Assembly: GCA_002269645.1 (NCBI GenBank) | Contig: NIVC01001138.1 | Span: 120,699 to 184,698 of the forward strand | Origin: Macrostomum lignano | Taxonomy: Eukaryota | DNA length: 64,000 nt | Direction: 5' to 3' | In this document: one piece after another, positions 1 through 28,312 of the stretch | Position numbering within the stretch: position 1 is the stretch's first letter | How the letters are laid out: each line of letters opens with the position of its first letter | The notes under the pieces: generated by a model | What the model saw: only the letters and a program-made list of their open reading frames with translations | Told to the model about the DNA's origin: nothing | Databases searched by the model: none | Position numbers and translations under genes: made by a program

Positions 1-14839
<14,839 letters not shown>

Positions 14840-16903
14840 TTGTATGCAGAGAAGTTTTGCTTTGCTTGAAGCTCTGAAAATTGAACAGAGTATCAAAATA
14901 TGTTTGGTAGAAATTAAAGTTACTCAAGCAACTGAAGAATTTCCTCACTTTTTATCAAGCTAAATATGTTTTCAAACTTCTGGCTTTAACTTATAATGAA
15001 AAGCAACTTATAAATATTCTTAATATTTGAGGAACTTAAAAACAAAAGATAATATCTTGGGTGATAAAATAAGACACGTTTTGTATAAATCAGTATAAAA
15101 AACATATACATTAAATAGGTACTCAAAATTCATTGAAATTTAATGCTATTAAGTAAACTTATACAATTATAAAGTAAAACTGTTCAGGATATAACAGAAA
15201 TATAATGCTAATAAAATTTAAATTATTATTTATTTGTACATATTTGAATTCGATGGTAATGAATAAGTTGTCAATAAGTGAGATAGCAAACAATATATGC
15301 TACTAAAGAATGTGGTGCAGGTGTTCATGTGTGAATTTGAATGCTAAATTTAAATTCTCTTCATTAAAATGTGATGTCAAGATTGCAAAACCGGTACAAA
15401 AATTATTTATGTGAAGGGTTGTACCAACTTTTGTTTGGTTTTTTGCAAATGTCTGACTATAGCAATATACAATAATACAGCTGTATGTGACTTATTCGGA
15501 CAGAAGATTCAAACGTTACGAGTATAAAACGTCTAAGCCTAACTCTAACTCTAACTAAGACTTAAAAGTAAAAAGTTCAGTTAACAAATTAGAACAGTCA
15601 GTGCAAGAAGTAAAGACAAAGAAAATCGGAAACAGACAAATTCTTCTCGCGATCATTTAATTACCGTGCTTGTTGTAGCATTTGAATTTCCGCCAAATGT
15701 TAATGACGCGAACAAAAGCAGTTTCGTTTACAAATAAAACCCGCAAAAATCAATATTTAAACATAAATGAAAAGCCTAAATCATTCAAACCTTGGAATAC
15801 AATGGTTTTCTTCCTTTTAATTCAGGTCTGCCGAACTTTTCGCCTTTTTTCTTTTAAAACAATCGGTCTGTGAAGTTTTTAATCCTTATTCAATGGGAAC
15901 ATATTGAATGGTCCTTCGAATCAAATCAAAATATTTATGAAAGAATAGGGAACACATGACAAAATTTTAACAGCGCTTACTCTTGGGACAGAAGTATGAA
16001 TTAGATATGAAGAGATCGAACAGAAGATTCGAGTTAAATGCATGGGGTTATTGCAAAAAAAATAGAGAAAATATGTTTGCAAAAGCTGAGCAAAGGATTA
16101 ATGCAAAAAAAGGAATTTTTTGGAAAAACCGAGAAAGTGATTATTGAAAAACTAAGAAACGATTAAATCGAGGGCGTCGCCATGGATTTTGTGGTAGGAG
16201 AGAGACAAAGCCAAGAATTCCACATTTACATTCCTAGATACATTTTATTTTGAGAATCGGCGTTGTCAGCGTTTCTTTGACGCCGCAGGCAGCTCATTTT
16301 GGTGCTGCAGGCACTCAGTTTTGGCGCTGCAGCTGGGGCTATATATTTTGCCGCCCTGTGAGGAAAAATAAAATATTTCCAAGGGGTGGGGGACTTCAGA
16401 AGGCAACTTTCATCTACTGTATAATTATTCTACTACTGTATAATATAACTACTGTATAACAAATAGAACAGAAATTGGTAGAGATTGATATAATTTTCTA
16501 GTAAAAAACAGATTGGAACATGCTCTCAAGTTTCGAAATTTATGCATGTATGAGACTATAAAAAACACAGAAATTTACAGATCATGCATTGCACTTCTAT
16601 TACCCTTAGGAACGCTTTCATTTTCACACTAATAAAGCAGCTCGTAGTGTTTAATTTGTTTCTATAGAACCGACAAAAGCAAATATTGTCTTTTTAATAA
16701 GACGAAATTGCATGTTTAGTGTCTCCGTTAATTATTTTGAGGCTGTTGCATACATACATGTAATTTATTTATGGATATTATACTGCGTAAGTGATGAATG
16801 TAAGCCCGAACTTGAGCGTTATATATAAGACCATTTGTATTCTTGCACACAAGTAACTCATACAGCTTTTCAGGACATTCAATCTGCCCTATAAAAGGTA
16901 ACC

Positions 16904-17725
16904 ATGCCTCAAGTTCACTGTAAAAAAGACGCGGCCCGAATAGCAGAAAGCACCCGCGGCCCGTGCGCAACTCAATTGAAAATGTCAATTCTATCAACGG
17001 TGAGTCGGAAAATTCTAATCGACGCCCTGTCGCACATTTCAACCACACTGTCCAACCGCTTGAGCGCCTCGGCTGAGTCCAACTTGACCATAGACGTTTA
17101 CGAAGCTCTGACCGCCGCAGTCTTCCTCATGTCAAGCGCGCGTCACCTCGATTTTGTCAGTCGCCTCTCCCGGCGTCGGTCGTTTGAGCAAGCGAGCTGG
17201 AATCAGAGCAGACTGCTGACAATCGATCTAATGGTTGAAAGCGGCTTCTTTGCCACACAGGACGGCGATCACGTGAAGTGCTTCTTCTGCGACGTCGGTC
17301 TGAGAGACTGGGACGCCGACGACTGCCCCGAGCTCGAGCACGTGAAATTCAGTCCTCTGTGCTTCTTTCTGAAGAGCTCCAGAGGCATGACCTGGCTGCG
17401 AGGCTCCAGCTCGGGAAGGAACAACTATCCGTCAGCGTACCTGCGTCAGGATCACAACCAACTGCTAAGGACGCTGTGGCAGGAGTACAAAGGCAACAAG
17501 GCAACTATCGCCAGAGCTGTTGGCTTCAGCGACATTAAGGTTCTATTGTGCGTTTCCAGAAGCTACATTAGACTGAATAAACGGCTTAGCATGGAGGAAT
17601 TAATCAAGGAACTGCAACACGACTGGGACTGCGACTTAGGGGCGTCAGATCCTGACTTAATTGCGGCGCCTTGCTTTCAAAGTCAGTTTTGCCTGGCGCA
17701 GGTGCTCAATGAGTTGTTTAGTTAA
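16904..17725 (+). CDS. Intronless single-BIR (IAP-like) protein, 273 aa, with a probable UBA-like region and no RING
   Basis: Exact BIR zinc-ligand spacing C-x2-C-x16-H-x6-C (CFFC-DVGLRDWDADDCPELE-H-VKFSPL-C), preceded by GFFATQDGDHVKC. The downstream ARAVGFSDIKV...SMEELIKEL resembles the IAP UBA region (inference). The true start is uncertain. Confidence 0.8.
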   Translation: MPQVHCKKDAARIAESTRGPCATQLKMSILSTVSRKILIDALSHISTTLSNRLSASAESNLTIDVYEALTAAVFLMSSARHLDFVSRLSRRRSFEQASWNQSRLLTIDLMVESGFFATQDGDHVKCFFCDVGLRDWDADDCPELEHVKFSPLCFFLKSSRGMTWLRGSSSGRNNYPSAYLRQDHNQLLRTLWQEYKGNKATIARAVGFSDIKVLLCVSRSYIRLNKRLSMEELIKELQHDWDCDLGASDPDLIAAPCFQSQFCLAQVLNELFS

Positions 17726-18075
17726 TTGTACTGATTGACAAGTTTTATAGTATTACTGCATAGTAAAAGTACAAGACCCAATCGCAGGTTCATACGCTCG
17801 TACATTGGATCGTTACATCGATGCTGTAAACAAACTATTAATAATTATTTGCTTCTCTGCTTGGCTACATGCCATGGCGGGATATAATGACTGGTGCAGA
17901 AGTTTTATTTCGATATGTTGTTTTATCTATTTCAGAATTGAACAAGTTATACACTGTATGTGAAAAGCAATGAGCTACATCAGTAATGAAAGTCGAAAGT
18001 TCAGTAGTACGCAAAAAGACAGAGAAGGAAATGTATACTAGGGTGGTTAGAGGAGACAGAATTCATTGGGAGCTA

Positions 18076-18600
18076 CATCATAAGCTCGAAAAGTCACAAC
18101 CTCGAAAAGTCACATCGTCGAAAACTGATTTAGCAGCCACCATCATAAGCTCAAAAAGGGTTAGGGTTAGGGTTAGAGCTTGTGATTTTTTGAGCTTGTG
18201 ACTTTTCGAGCTTGTGACTTTTCGAGCTTGTGACTTTTCGAGCTTGTGACTTTTCGAGCTTGTGACTTTTCGAGCTTGTGACTTTTCGAGCTTGTGACTT
18301 TTCGAGCTTGAGACTTTTCGAGCTTGTGACTTTTCGAGCTTGTGACTTTTCGACGATGTGACTTTTCGAGCTTGAGACTTTTCGAGCTTGTGACTTTTCG
18401 AGCTTGTGACTTTTCGACGATGTGACTTTTCGAGCTTCTGACTTTTCGAGCTTGTGACTTTTCGACGATGTGACTTTTCGAGCTTCTGACTTTTCGAGCT
18501 TGTGACGGTGGTCGCTAAACTTTTCGACGATGTGACTTTTCGAGCTTGTGATGGAACCCTGTTTCGACGATGTGATTTTTGAGCTCATGATGGCGACCCA
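18076..18600. repeat. Foldback-like repeat: 16-bp units (GAGCTTGTGACTTTTC) with a reverse-oriented left arm and (GGGTTA)3 at the axis
   Basis: 18076-18157 carries the units in reverse complement (AAGCTCGAAAAGTCACA, CACATCGTCGAAAA); 18158-18176 is GGGTTAGGGTTAGGGTTAG; 18177-18600 carries forward units. Confidence 0.85.
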
Positions 18601-18833
18601 TTAATTATACACTGGGGGAGGAGGGGGTAGCAATTAAGTTAGCGTGTACGTACACAGAAAGGTACAAGAAAAAGGGTCGTAAACATTCGCCGAAAAGTTT
18701 AGTCTTGAGATAAACTAACCCAAAATCATTGGTAAACTGCTCCCAGACTTTCAACGAGAGAACAGTGATGAGAGTCTGAGACAAGTACATTGGTCAAGGG
18801 GTGTACTCGAGTTGTTCGCTGCTGGTCAGCCCT

Positions 18834-20141
<1,308 letters not shown>

Positions 20142-20774
20142 TGTCCTATTAATAATATAATTATTCTGTAGTAGAATATTACTGAGCAGTTTCTATTGCA
20201 GTGTGAGTTTGTTCTAGCGCTGTCTGTATGCTAGCATGCAGAGGTCTAAGTAATATAATATAGGCATTGAGACAGCGGACACCCAACCCCTTTCAGCCAA
20301 TAAGGCGCATGGGACAGCAGAGGCCGTGATGACTGCACTTTAACTCAAATTTGCAGCATTTATCACTTCTATACCAGTTCTCAACGCAAGAATTTTAATA
20401 GAGATTGAGAAATATGAGCCAAATGAGTTTTAGCTTAGGCAGACAATGAAATTGGTAGCTCTATGGAGCTATTCAAGCCATTATCTGCAGGTGCACAAAC
20501 CGAGGCGTCCCGTTAGAAGTGCTGTTCATTACACAGGTACAGAGTTTGCATCAGAGTGAGTGGGCTATTTTATTCTGACGCAGGATGAAAGCCTTACTCT
20601 GGTAGCTTTTGCTGCTTCTCTGCTTAGCGTACATTTGCTTGCAACTATTCTTCCAGCCCATCTGTACAGAGAACTTGTACTTTTATGGGAGCCAGACAGG
20701 ACTATACTGCTCGTACATTGCTGTTACTAATCTGATTTTTAATTTAGTAAGGTATAGGATATAATATAAGGATA

Positions 20775-20940
20775 CAGAGTGACTAAACTTTGTTCTAAAC
20801 AGAGTAACTAAACTCAGTGGTAACAGAGTGACTAAACTCAGTGCTAACAGAGTGACTAAACTCAGTGCTAACAGAGTGACTAAACTTAGTGGTAACAGAG
20901 TGACTAAACTCAGTGCTAACAGAGTAACTAAACTCAGTGA
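20775..20940. repeat. 24-bp minisatellite (TAACAGAGTGACTAAACTCAGTG[C/G])
   Basis: About 7 tandem copies. Confidence 0.9.
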
Positions 20941-21057
20941 AAGTTGGTTAAGTTGGTTAAATTTAACGGATTTAATGGCTGAAATGTTTTAAGAATTTAC
21001 AGTTATTCACTGTGGAACTGCACAATTTTGTGAGCTATAGCATAGCGATCTGGAACC

Positions 21058-22618
21058 ATGCAGAAACTCCAATATCAACTCGATGCGCCTGCACCTCATG
21101 CCACAACGGCCCTAGCTGCGCGGGCCAATTCCTTGAAAAAATGGATTGTGTAAGTATTGTATCCGTAGACAACGAAAAAATATTTACAATTCTGACTCGC
21201 CCCCAGCCAGGAGTCGCCAGAATCAAAGGCCTGGACCAGTTGCGCGGCTCATTCACGGTGAGTAAGGACCTCGGCGTGTGCACCTCTGTGACAGATCTGA
21301 AGCGTCACTCTATACCAGTGTGTGATCTCCTGCTCCGCTTGGAGCTGCGCCTTGCTCAACTACAATCGGAAGCAGAGAGCCTGCCAGATTCTGCAGATGT
21401 TTCCCACACCGCCCGCGGACAGCAAGGACAAGGATAGCTCGGCCGTTTGCACAACTGGTGAAAAGTCGTTGGGAGGCGGGGACGGAGATGAAGTGTGGAT
21501 GGCCAGAGACTATTACGAGCGCTCAAACAGGAGCCGCAGGTGGTCATTTATATCGCCAAAGGAACATTTTACCGTGAGTAAGGGTGCATTAATGGTCGTC
21601 ATTGAGTATCCGAGCCATTTACATCTGCCTAATCAAACAACCCCTCCCCTCAGTTCCTTCCGGAGCTCCATCAGTGCAGCTGGCCAGCGTGCCCCAGACC
21701 GGCTGCTACCGCATCGAGGCCTTCGGAGGGACAGGCGGGGCAGTCATGACACTCACTGATGGCGTCTTCAACGGAGGTCGCGGCGCGACAGCGCTTGGCT
21801 ACTTCAACCTCACCCATGGCGACCTGCTGACCATCGTGATTGGACAAAAACCTGTCAATAGTAAAACTGCTACGCTCATAACTCTAGTCCACCGAAGTAT
21901 TTCTTACATCATCCCATTTTAAGATTGAATTGATGAAAAAACATTCTTCAAAATTGTCAGTGGCCACGGAATCTACGGACAGCGATAACGTGGGTAGCGG
22001 GGCCGCTGGCGGGGCGGCACCTTCGTGTACAGGAGCAACGACAGTCGCCTTCTGGTTGCCGCAGGCGGTGGCGGAGCAGCCGCGGTGTTTTTTGACGGTG
22101 CGTTGCCATGCCAGTGTGCGCAGCGCATTTCCAGCCGCAGTTCGCAGCGTCAGCGCCCCACAGCTGCCCCACCCCCTCCTTCCGTTCCAGGAGTCGACGG
22201 TCAGGCCGGCGAGAGCGGCGCAAACTCGACTGGCGCCGAGTCTGGCGCGGTCGGCTCCGGCGGCGCGAGCGGAGCTCCCGGAGCGTTCGTGAGCGGCGGC
22301 GGCCCGGGCGCGGGCTGGATGTTGAACGGCAGCATCTGCGACCGGTGCGGCAAAGGTCGAGACGGCAGCTGGGCGGGAGGCGAAGGCGAGATCTCCGGTA
22401 GGACGGGCGGCTTCGGAGGCGGTGGCGCTGCCTCTGCCGATGCTGGCGGCGGTGGCGGCGGCTTCAGCGGCGGAGGCGCGGGCTCGACTCAGCAGGCGGG
22501 CAGCGGCGGCGGCGGCTCCTTCTGCTCCGGCAGCGGTTGCAGCGCCACTACGGGCTGCAACACGGTTGACGCCGGCAGAGCCGTCGTGACGCCCGTCGGT
22601 CAGGAACTGTGCGTCTGA
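21058..22618 (+). CDS. PAN/apple-like + ALK/LTK-type glycine-rich domain protein, copy 1 (frameshifted as assembled; 5' exons uncertain)
   Basis: PAN-like Cys pattern VTLYQCVISCSAWSCALLNYNRKQRACQIL (~21303-21400). Glycine-rich domain motifs VPQTGCYRIEAFGGTGG, GGRGA...FNLTHGDLLTIVIGQ (exon to 21860), then from 21961 GGGGTFVY...LLVAAGGGGAA, GGGPGAGW, GGFGGGG, GGGGGGFSGG, GGGGSFC; stop at 22616-22618. A 1-nt shift is needed at GGGG 22011-22014. Confidence 0.75.
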
Positions 22619-23545
22619 TGAGGCTCAGAGTCTGTGTGATGTCAGTCAGTCAGGAGCTGTATGAGTCTGATGAGGCTCAGAGTCTGTGTGATGTCAGTCA
22701 GTCAGGAGCTGTGAGTCTGATGAGGCTCAGAGTCTGTGTGATGTCAGTCAGTCAGGAGCTGTATGAGTCTGATGAGGCTCAGAGTCTGTGTGATGTCAGT
22801 CAGTCAGGAGCTATATGAGTCTGATGAGGCTCAGAGTCTGTGTGATGTCAGTCAGTCAGGAGCTGTATGAGTCTGATGAGGCTCAGAGTCTGTGTGATGT
22901 CAGTCAGTCAGGAGCTGTGAGTCTAATGAGGCTCAAAGTCTGTGTGATGTCAGTCAGGAGCTATATGAGTCTGATGAGGCTCAAAGTCTGTGTGATGTCA
23001 GTCAGTCAGGAGCTGAGTCTAATGAGGCTCAAAGTCTGTGTGATGTCAGTCAGGAGCTATATGAGTCTGATGAGGCTCAGAGTCTGTGTGATGTCAGTCA
23101 GTCAGAAGCTGTGAGTCTAATGAGGCTCAAAGTCTGTGTGATGTCAGTCAGGAGCTATATGAGTCTGATGAGGCTCAAAGTCTGTGTGATGTCAGTCAGT
23201 CAGGAGCTGAGTCTAATGAGGCTCAAAGTCTGTGTGATGTCAGTCAGGAGCTATATGAGTCTGATGAGGCTCAGAGTCTGTGTGATGTCAGTCAGTCAGA
23301 AGCTGTGAGTCTAATGAGGCTCAAAGTCTGTGTGATGTCAGTCAGGAGCTATATGAGTCTGATGAGGCTCAAAGTCTGTGTGATGTCAGTCGCTGTGAGT
23401 CTGATGAGGCTCAGAGTCTACGTGATGCCAGCTCTGAATCTGTGTGATGTTATTAACTATATGAGTCCGTGTGTGATGTCAGCTCTGAGTCTGATGAGGC
23501 TCAGAGTCGATGTCAGTCTGCAACTTGAGCTGTGGTCTGGACTCT
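22595..23545. repeat. ~42-58 bp minisatellite beginning inside the last codons of the glycine-rich gene (GTCAGTCAGGAGCTGTATGAGTCTGATGAGGCTCAGAGTCTGTGTGAT)
   Basis: Tandem copies; the first unit overlaps the coding end gtc ggt cag gaa ctg tgc gtc TGA. Confidence 0.95.
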
Positions 23546-25269
23546 GATGAGGCTTAAAAACTGTGTGATCTCAGTCGGTCTGGAGTCATGAGACTCTGAA
23601 AATATATTGGTGGTTGGGTTCACGTTTATTAAGTCGTGTATTGTACGAAAGGTTCTCTTGTAAAAAATCAAAAGCGATTAAACTTCACACTTGTAAAAGC
23701 ATTTTTTAATCGAGCGTATGTGCGCACTCAGTGGCATATTTCATTTGAAAATTCGAGCTACATGTACATGCAGTATCATGCACAAATGCATGTACAGTGC
23801 AGTATACCTGCACTAGTTTTGCAATTCATACGCAGTGACATTACATGGACTATTTATTGTCGTTTCTACTTAAGTAGTCGCGGCCGTGTGACATCATACT
23901 ACAGCTGCATGTATTACCTGCAAAATACAGTTGATGAATTTCTCTAAGAATTAAACTTATAAGTTTAATATTTAAATAGTAATTCTGGCACTGTTACTAG
24001 GGAAACGAAAATTCTTTTTTATTGTCTTTGATTTATTTCGTTAAGTGAAACATTACAGGCCCAGAGATAAATACATGTTACATATATGTACAATTGTACG
24101 TATCATATCATAATTAATGTAGCAAATCGTTAATTTTCCTTTACAAAAAGTACATGTACTCGCTCTCTGCCACTCATTAAGTTTATTGCTTCGTCACTGC
24201 TAGAAAAGGTAGGAAATTGGACACCCGTATAACCGTTTGGAAATTATATATGCCAAAAATGACTTTGTGTATATCGTCCTTGGAAATTAAATGTTTTAGG
24301 ATTTTGTGATTGAGAAAAACAAATTAATTTCTTATCGTCTCACGCACTTTCTAAACGATCAACTAATAAGTAAAAATACGAGCTATTTTCCTGTTAAGCA
24401 TATATTTTTTGCTTTTCGAATGTATTCTCAAGTTATTTTCGTGTATTTTTTAAGCACCTGTCAACCTATTATTTTTTCCTTAAAACGTTGTGCTTACGTA
24501 AGCATCTGTGATCTACCTGTGTATTTGTTGTCGTTCACTGAATCAATGAACTGAATTAAAAGTGATTTGTATGTTTTCGTAATATTTGAGAAAAAATAAG
24601 CCGTCAGATTTTGACGCTACCTGATGTGCTTCCTGACAATATGTAGGTAGGTTGTAAGTAGTTTAGTAGTTATACTAGTAGTAACTAGCATCTCGGCCTA
24701 GGAATTTAAGTGTAGACCCTCAAGCTAGGCCTAATTTATTTTATTATCAATATCATAGGTCTGTCTATCATTTATCTTTTTCTTTATTTAAATTTATTAG
24801 AACCCTGGCCTATGATATGAATCATAGGGGGGCCTACTCTTTCTTATAGATAGGAAGATAGGGGGGCCTATGTATGTCCTATTTCTATATTAATTTTTTG
24901 GCTAGGCCCTACGCCTATAATAATAAATAAGTTGATAGGAAAAAGATTTAGGGATAGCTTATATTTGTTTCCATGCTTTTTGACACTTGTGCTTTGTGGT
25001 GCCCAGCATTTTTGTATCCCAGATTGTTTTATAGTGCATGGTGCCCCAGTTTATGATGCCTAAATAATAAAATAATCTTATACCTTTTTTAGTTTGGGCT
25101 TCTACCACCTACAGTACAAGTACCATAGTCCAGATTATGCTGAGTGCATATCCAAACAAAAATCAAATAATTATAAATGCATACCAAAAAAAATGAATGT
25201 ATACCTATTCTCAAAACTTTGCCAGTGTTGCAACAATAAATGACCTTTTTTATATTGTGATAATAAATA

Positions 25270-28200
25270 GGCAGTGACTATTCATCCGGTATCGGGTGAA
25301 CAATGTGGATATTATTCGTCTGGTACCGGGTGAATAATGTCGTTTTTATTCGTCCAGGACTCCAGTAGTGTTTAATAAAAGGAATGATGGTTGTTGACCA
25401 AAAATTTGTACATGTACAATTGAAATTAATTTGCGTCACTTCTTGTTATTCATGCTTAAATCTTCTGTTCCAGCCATTAAGCATGTCGTAACAATAATCC
25501 TTCGTGATACAGGACGCTACATTTTTTGAATTGTGTAAACTAAACAGAAATTAATATACTGTCTAGTACTGGGGTGAATATCCCCATCTTTTTCTATCTC
25601 TCTCTGTCTCTCTCTCTATCCCTCTCTGGTTCTTTGGGTACAGAAGTTACATTAAATGCACAATACATGTATGTCTGTGCATATTTAAGTAATAAAATGT
25701 AAACACATGAAATAGGGACACTCTACAGTAGGGACTTCAGTGAGTTATAAGAAGTGCGTGCCAATGGCAAAAAAGTAAGAAAAAAGTCCAATTTTTCAAG
25801 GGCGATTTTAAAGAAACTATAGAAGCCAGGATGAAAGTAAAATATGCATTTAAAAGGTAAAAAGGAGCTCTTTCAAATGACACCAACTGCAAGTCTAGCT
25901 TTGTTATACTTTTTGCACTGTCTATTTTTAAAGTTGACCATTTTTTAGGAGGAATATAAAATTGAAGCCAAAATGAATAAAAAAACAGTGGTTCAGAAAA
26001 TGCTTTTTCTTAGCTGCAATGTGTTTCTTATAATGGAAACAAAGGTTTTATAGTGTAAAGGGATAATTTAGAAACATTTTTCTGGTGTTAAAAAAAATTT
26101 TTTTTTCTTTTAATGCCCATATGGCTCTATGCAAAATTTCAAATCCAAAATTTTCCATGAAATCCTTTTCCTGCATTGTTTCTCTTTATATTTTTCATTA
26201 CCTATTGACAATACAAGCACAGTAAAAAAAACCACTTGCCAATAGCTATAGGCGCAAAAATTTTGTGGAGGTTTCTTTTTTTGATACGTTTACATGTAAA
26301 ATACCCATTGAAACGTGTATTTCGTGTTTTTTGTGAGACTCTGCCTTCCGGCAAACTAGTTCTCTGTGTCATTTAACTAATTCTGCTATGCTGAACACGA
26401 TAGACAAAACCGTTTTTTAATAAACCCATGCGCAAAGCCTGTACAGCACATTACATTGCAGTTGGGGTGTCTGTCATGCATTAAAAATTTAGGGCAAGAA
26501 GTAGAATAGTATTATAGTAGGTAAAAACCTGAACAAAATGACACTAGCCTTATATAAATTAAGCAAGCAGAACAGATGCTATTGTATTTTTAAAATTGCA
26601 ATCATTGCGTATCTGGTTAAAATAGTCAAAATTTCATACACCCATCCTGTTTCAATTAGCTTAGCAACTTGGGCATATAAAATAATATTAAAATATATAA
26701 TTCATACAATTAACACTAAAAAACTGAACAAAATGACACCAAGCACAGTCATTTTGGTTGGCTAGAAAATTAATTACAAGTGTTCAAAGACAAAAAGCCA
26801 ACTTTTTGGCCAAAAATGATCACAAACCGTAATGTAAAAATTCCATTGGCTAAAGGCACAAATCGGGGTTACTAAAATAGCTGTAGTTTCCTTATTACTC
26901 AACCAAATCACTAAAGTTTGGCCATTTTGGAAATGGGAAAGTAAGATCTATCTAGTGAAATAGCAGCCTATAACAATTTCTGAAATTTAATTTTCTCACT
27001 GAAGTGCCTATCTACAGTGTACATGCACGTGAATTTGCTTCCGTAACCAAAGATTAATTGTAGGTTGATATTTTTACCACTCAGGAGATAAAAGGCTACG
27101 TCCATCGTATTTAAGTTTCATTTATGATGGCTTTATATGTATAGTATGAAAGCCAATAGTTCATATAAAAGCGTAAAATGGAGATCAAGAGGTTCTCTTC
27201 AGAATTCAGATACACAGTGCTTTTAAATGCGCACTGTGCTGCAGCTTACTGTCGCTTGCACACAAACCACCATGCACTTTGTGTGAAATTTGGGGTTTGA
27301 AAATTTCCATGCAATCTACGCATATACACACATAAGACAACAATTCAATGGATCGATGAACCTTCACCATCAAGCACAAAAAAACTTGAGCCAATGTACA
27401 TGCAGCTACTCATGAGATGAAAAAAACATGCAGCTGCAAATACATGTAGTGCATATCGAAATGGCCCCAATGCTATGAGGATGACTTGTTCCCGTAGTCT
27501 TAGACGTTACAACCAGAACAATTGGAGGAAAGCCTAAGAAAGAGGCTCAACTTGATTACAATAGGATTGACACTAAGTAACAACAAGTAACAAGACAAAG
27601 ACAGGTATAGGGAAGCTAATTTTGCGCTCTGATGAATTAACCTTACAGCAAAAAGCGAATAACAAATTCCTCTCTCTCTCTCTCTCTCACTTTTCTTGGC
27701 CCACTGGCGACAGAATTGGTTGATGGACATATTTGTAGCTAGTTTTAATTAGTATTCAAAAAGTTCGACCTGCATGCTCATTGCCTTCTGATATTCTGAT
27801 CTAATAAGTGGTGATCAATATAGAATGTTTATGGCTTGGCAAAAAACTAATATCAATAGAGACACACGCAGCATACTAGCTTTACTACTTTATCAAATGC
27901 ATCTTGATGCATTTGCTAGGTCCTCAACAAATCTAACTTCTGCTGTGCTGTCACATACCGTTCATGTCTGTCAAAGTTTGATGTTTTATATCAGTCAAAT
28001 GATCAGAATTTACAACCTCCCCATTCACTACAATGCAACTTCGCAACTTCGTAACACAATTAAAAAAATGTAGCATCCTGTATCGTGAAGGATCATTGTT
28101 ACAACATGCTTAATGGCTAGAACAGAAGATTTAAGCATGAATAACAAGAAGTGATGCAAATTAATTTCAATCGTGCATGTACAAATTTTCAGTCAACAAC

Positions 28201-28312
28201 CATCATTCCTTTTGTTAAACGCTACCGGACAAATAAAAACGACATTATTCACCCGGTACTAGACGAATAATATCCACATTGTTCACTCGATACCGGATGA
28301 ATAGTCACTGTC
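25270..28312. mobile_element. Non-autonomous Mutator (MULE)-like DNA transposon, ~3.0 kb
   Basis: ~260-bp imperfect terminal inverted repeats (25270 to ~25535 versus ~28053-28312; G[G/A]CAGTGACTATTCATCCGGTATCG...). 9-bp TSD TAATAAATA at 25261-25269 and 28313-28321. No transposase ORF inside. Confidence 0.85.
25729..27010. mobile_element. Nested non-autonomous hAT-like element inside the MULE-like element
   Basis: TIRs TAGGGACTTCAGTGAG (25729-25744) and CTCACTGAAGTGCCTA (26995-27010). Flanking direct repeat TCTACAG(T) at 25722-25728/9 and 27011-27017/8, i.e. a 7-8 bp TSD. Confidence 0.75.

Noticed and set aside
22609-23547. Tandem hammerhead ribozymes or C/D-box snoRNAs (CTGATGA in each unit)
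   Set aside because: There is no GAAA core or stem II/III for a hammerhead. The C box lacks the 5' purine and there are no terminal stems. The motif is explained by the gene's stop codon context.
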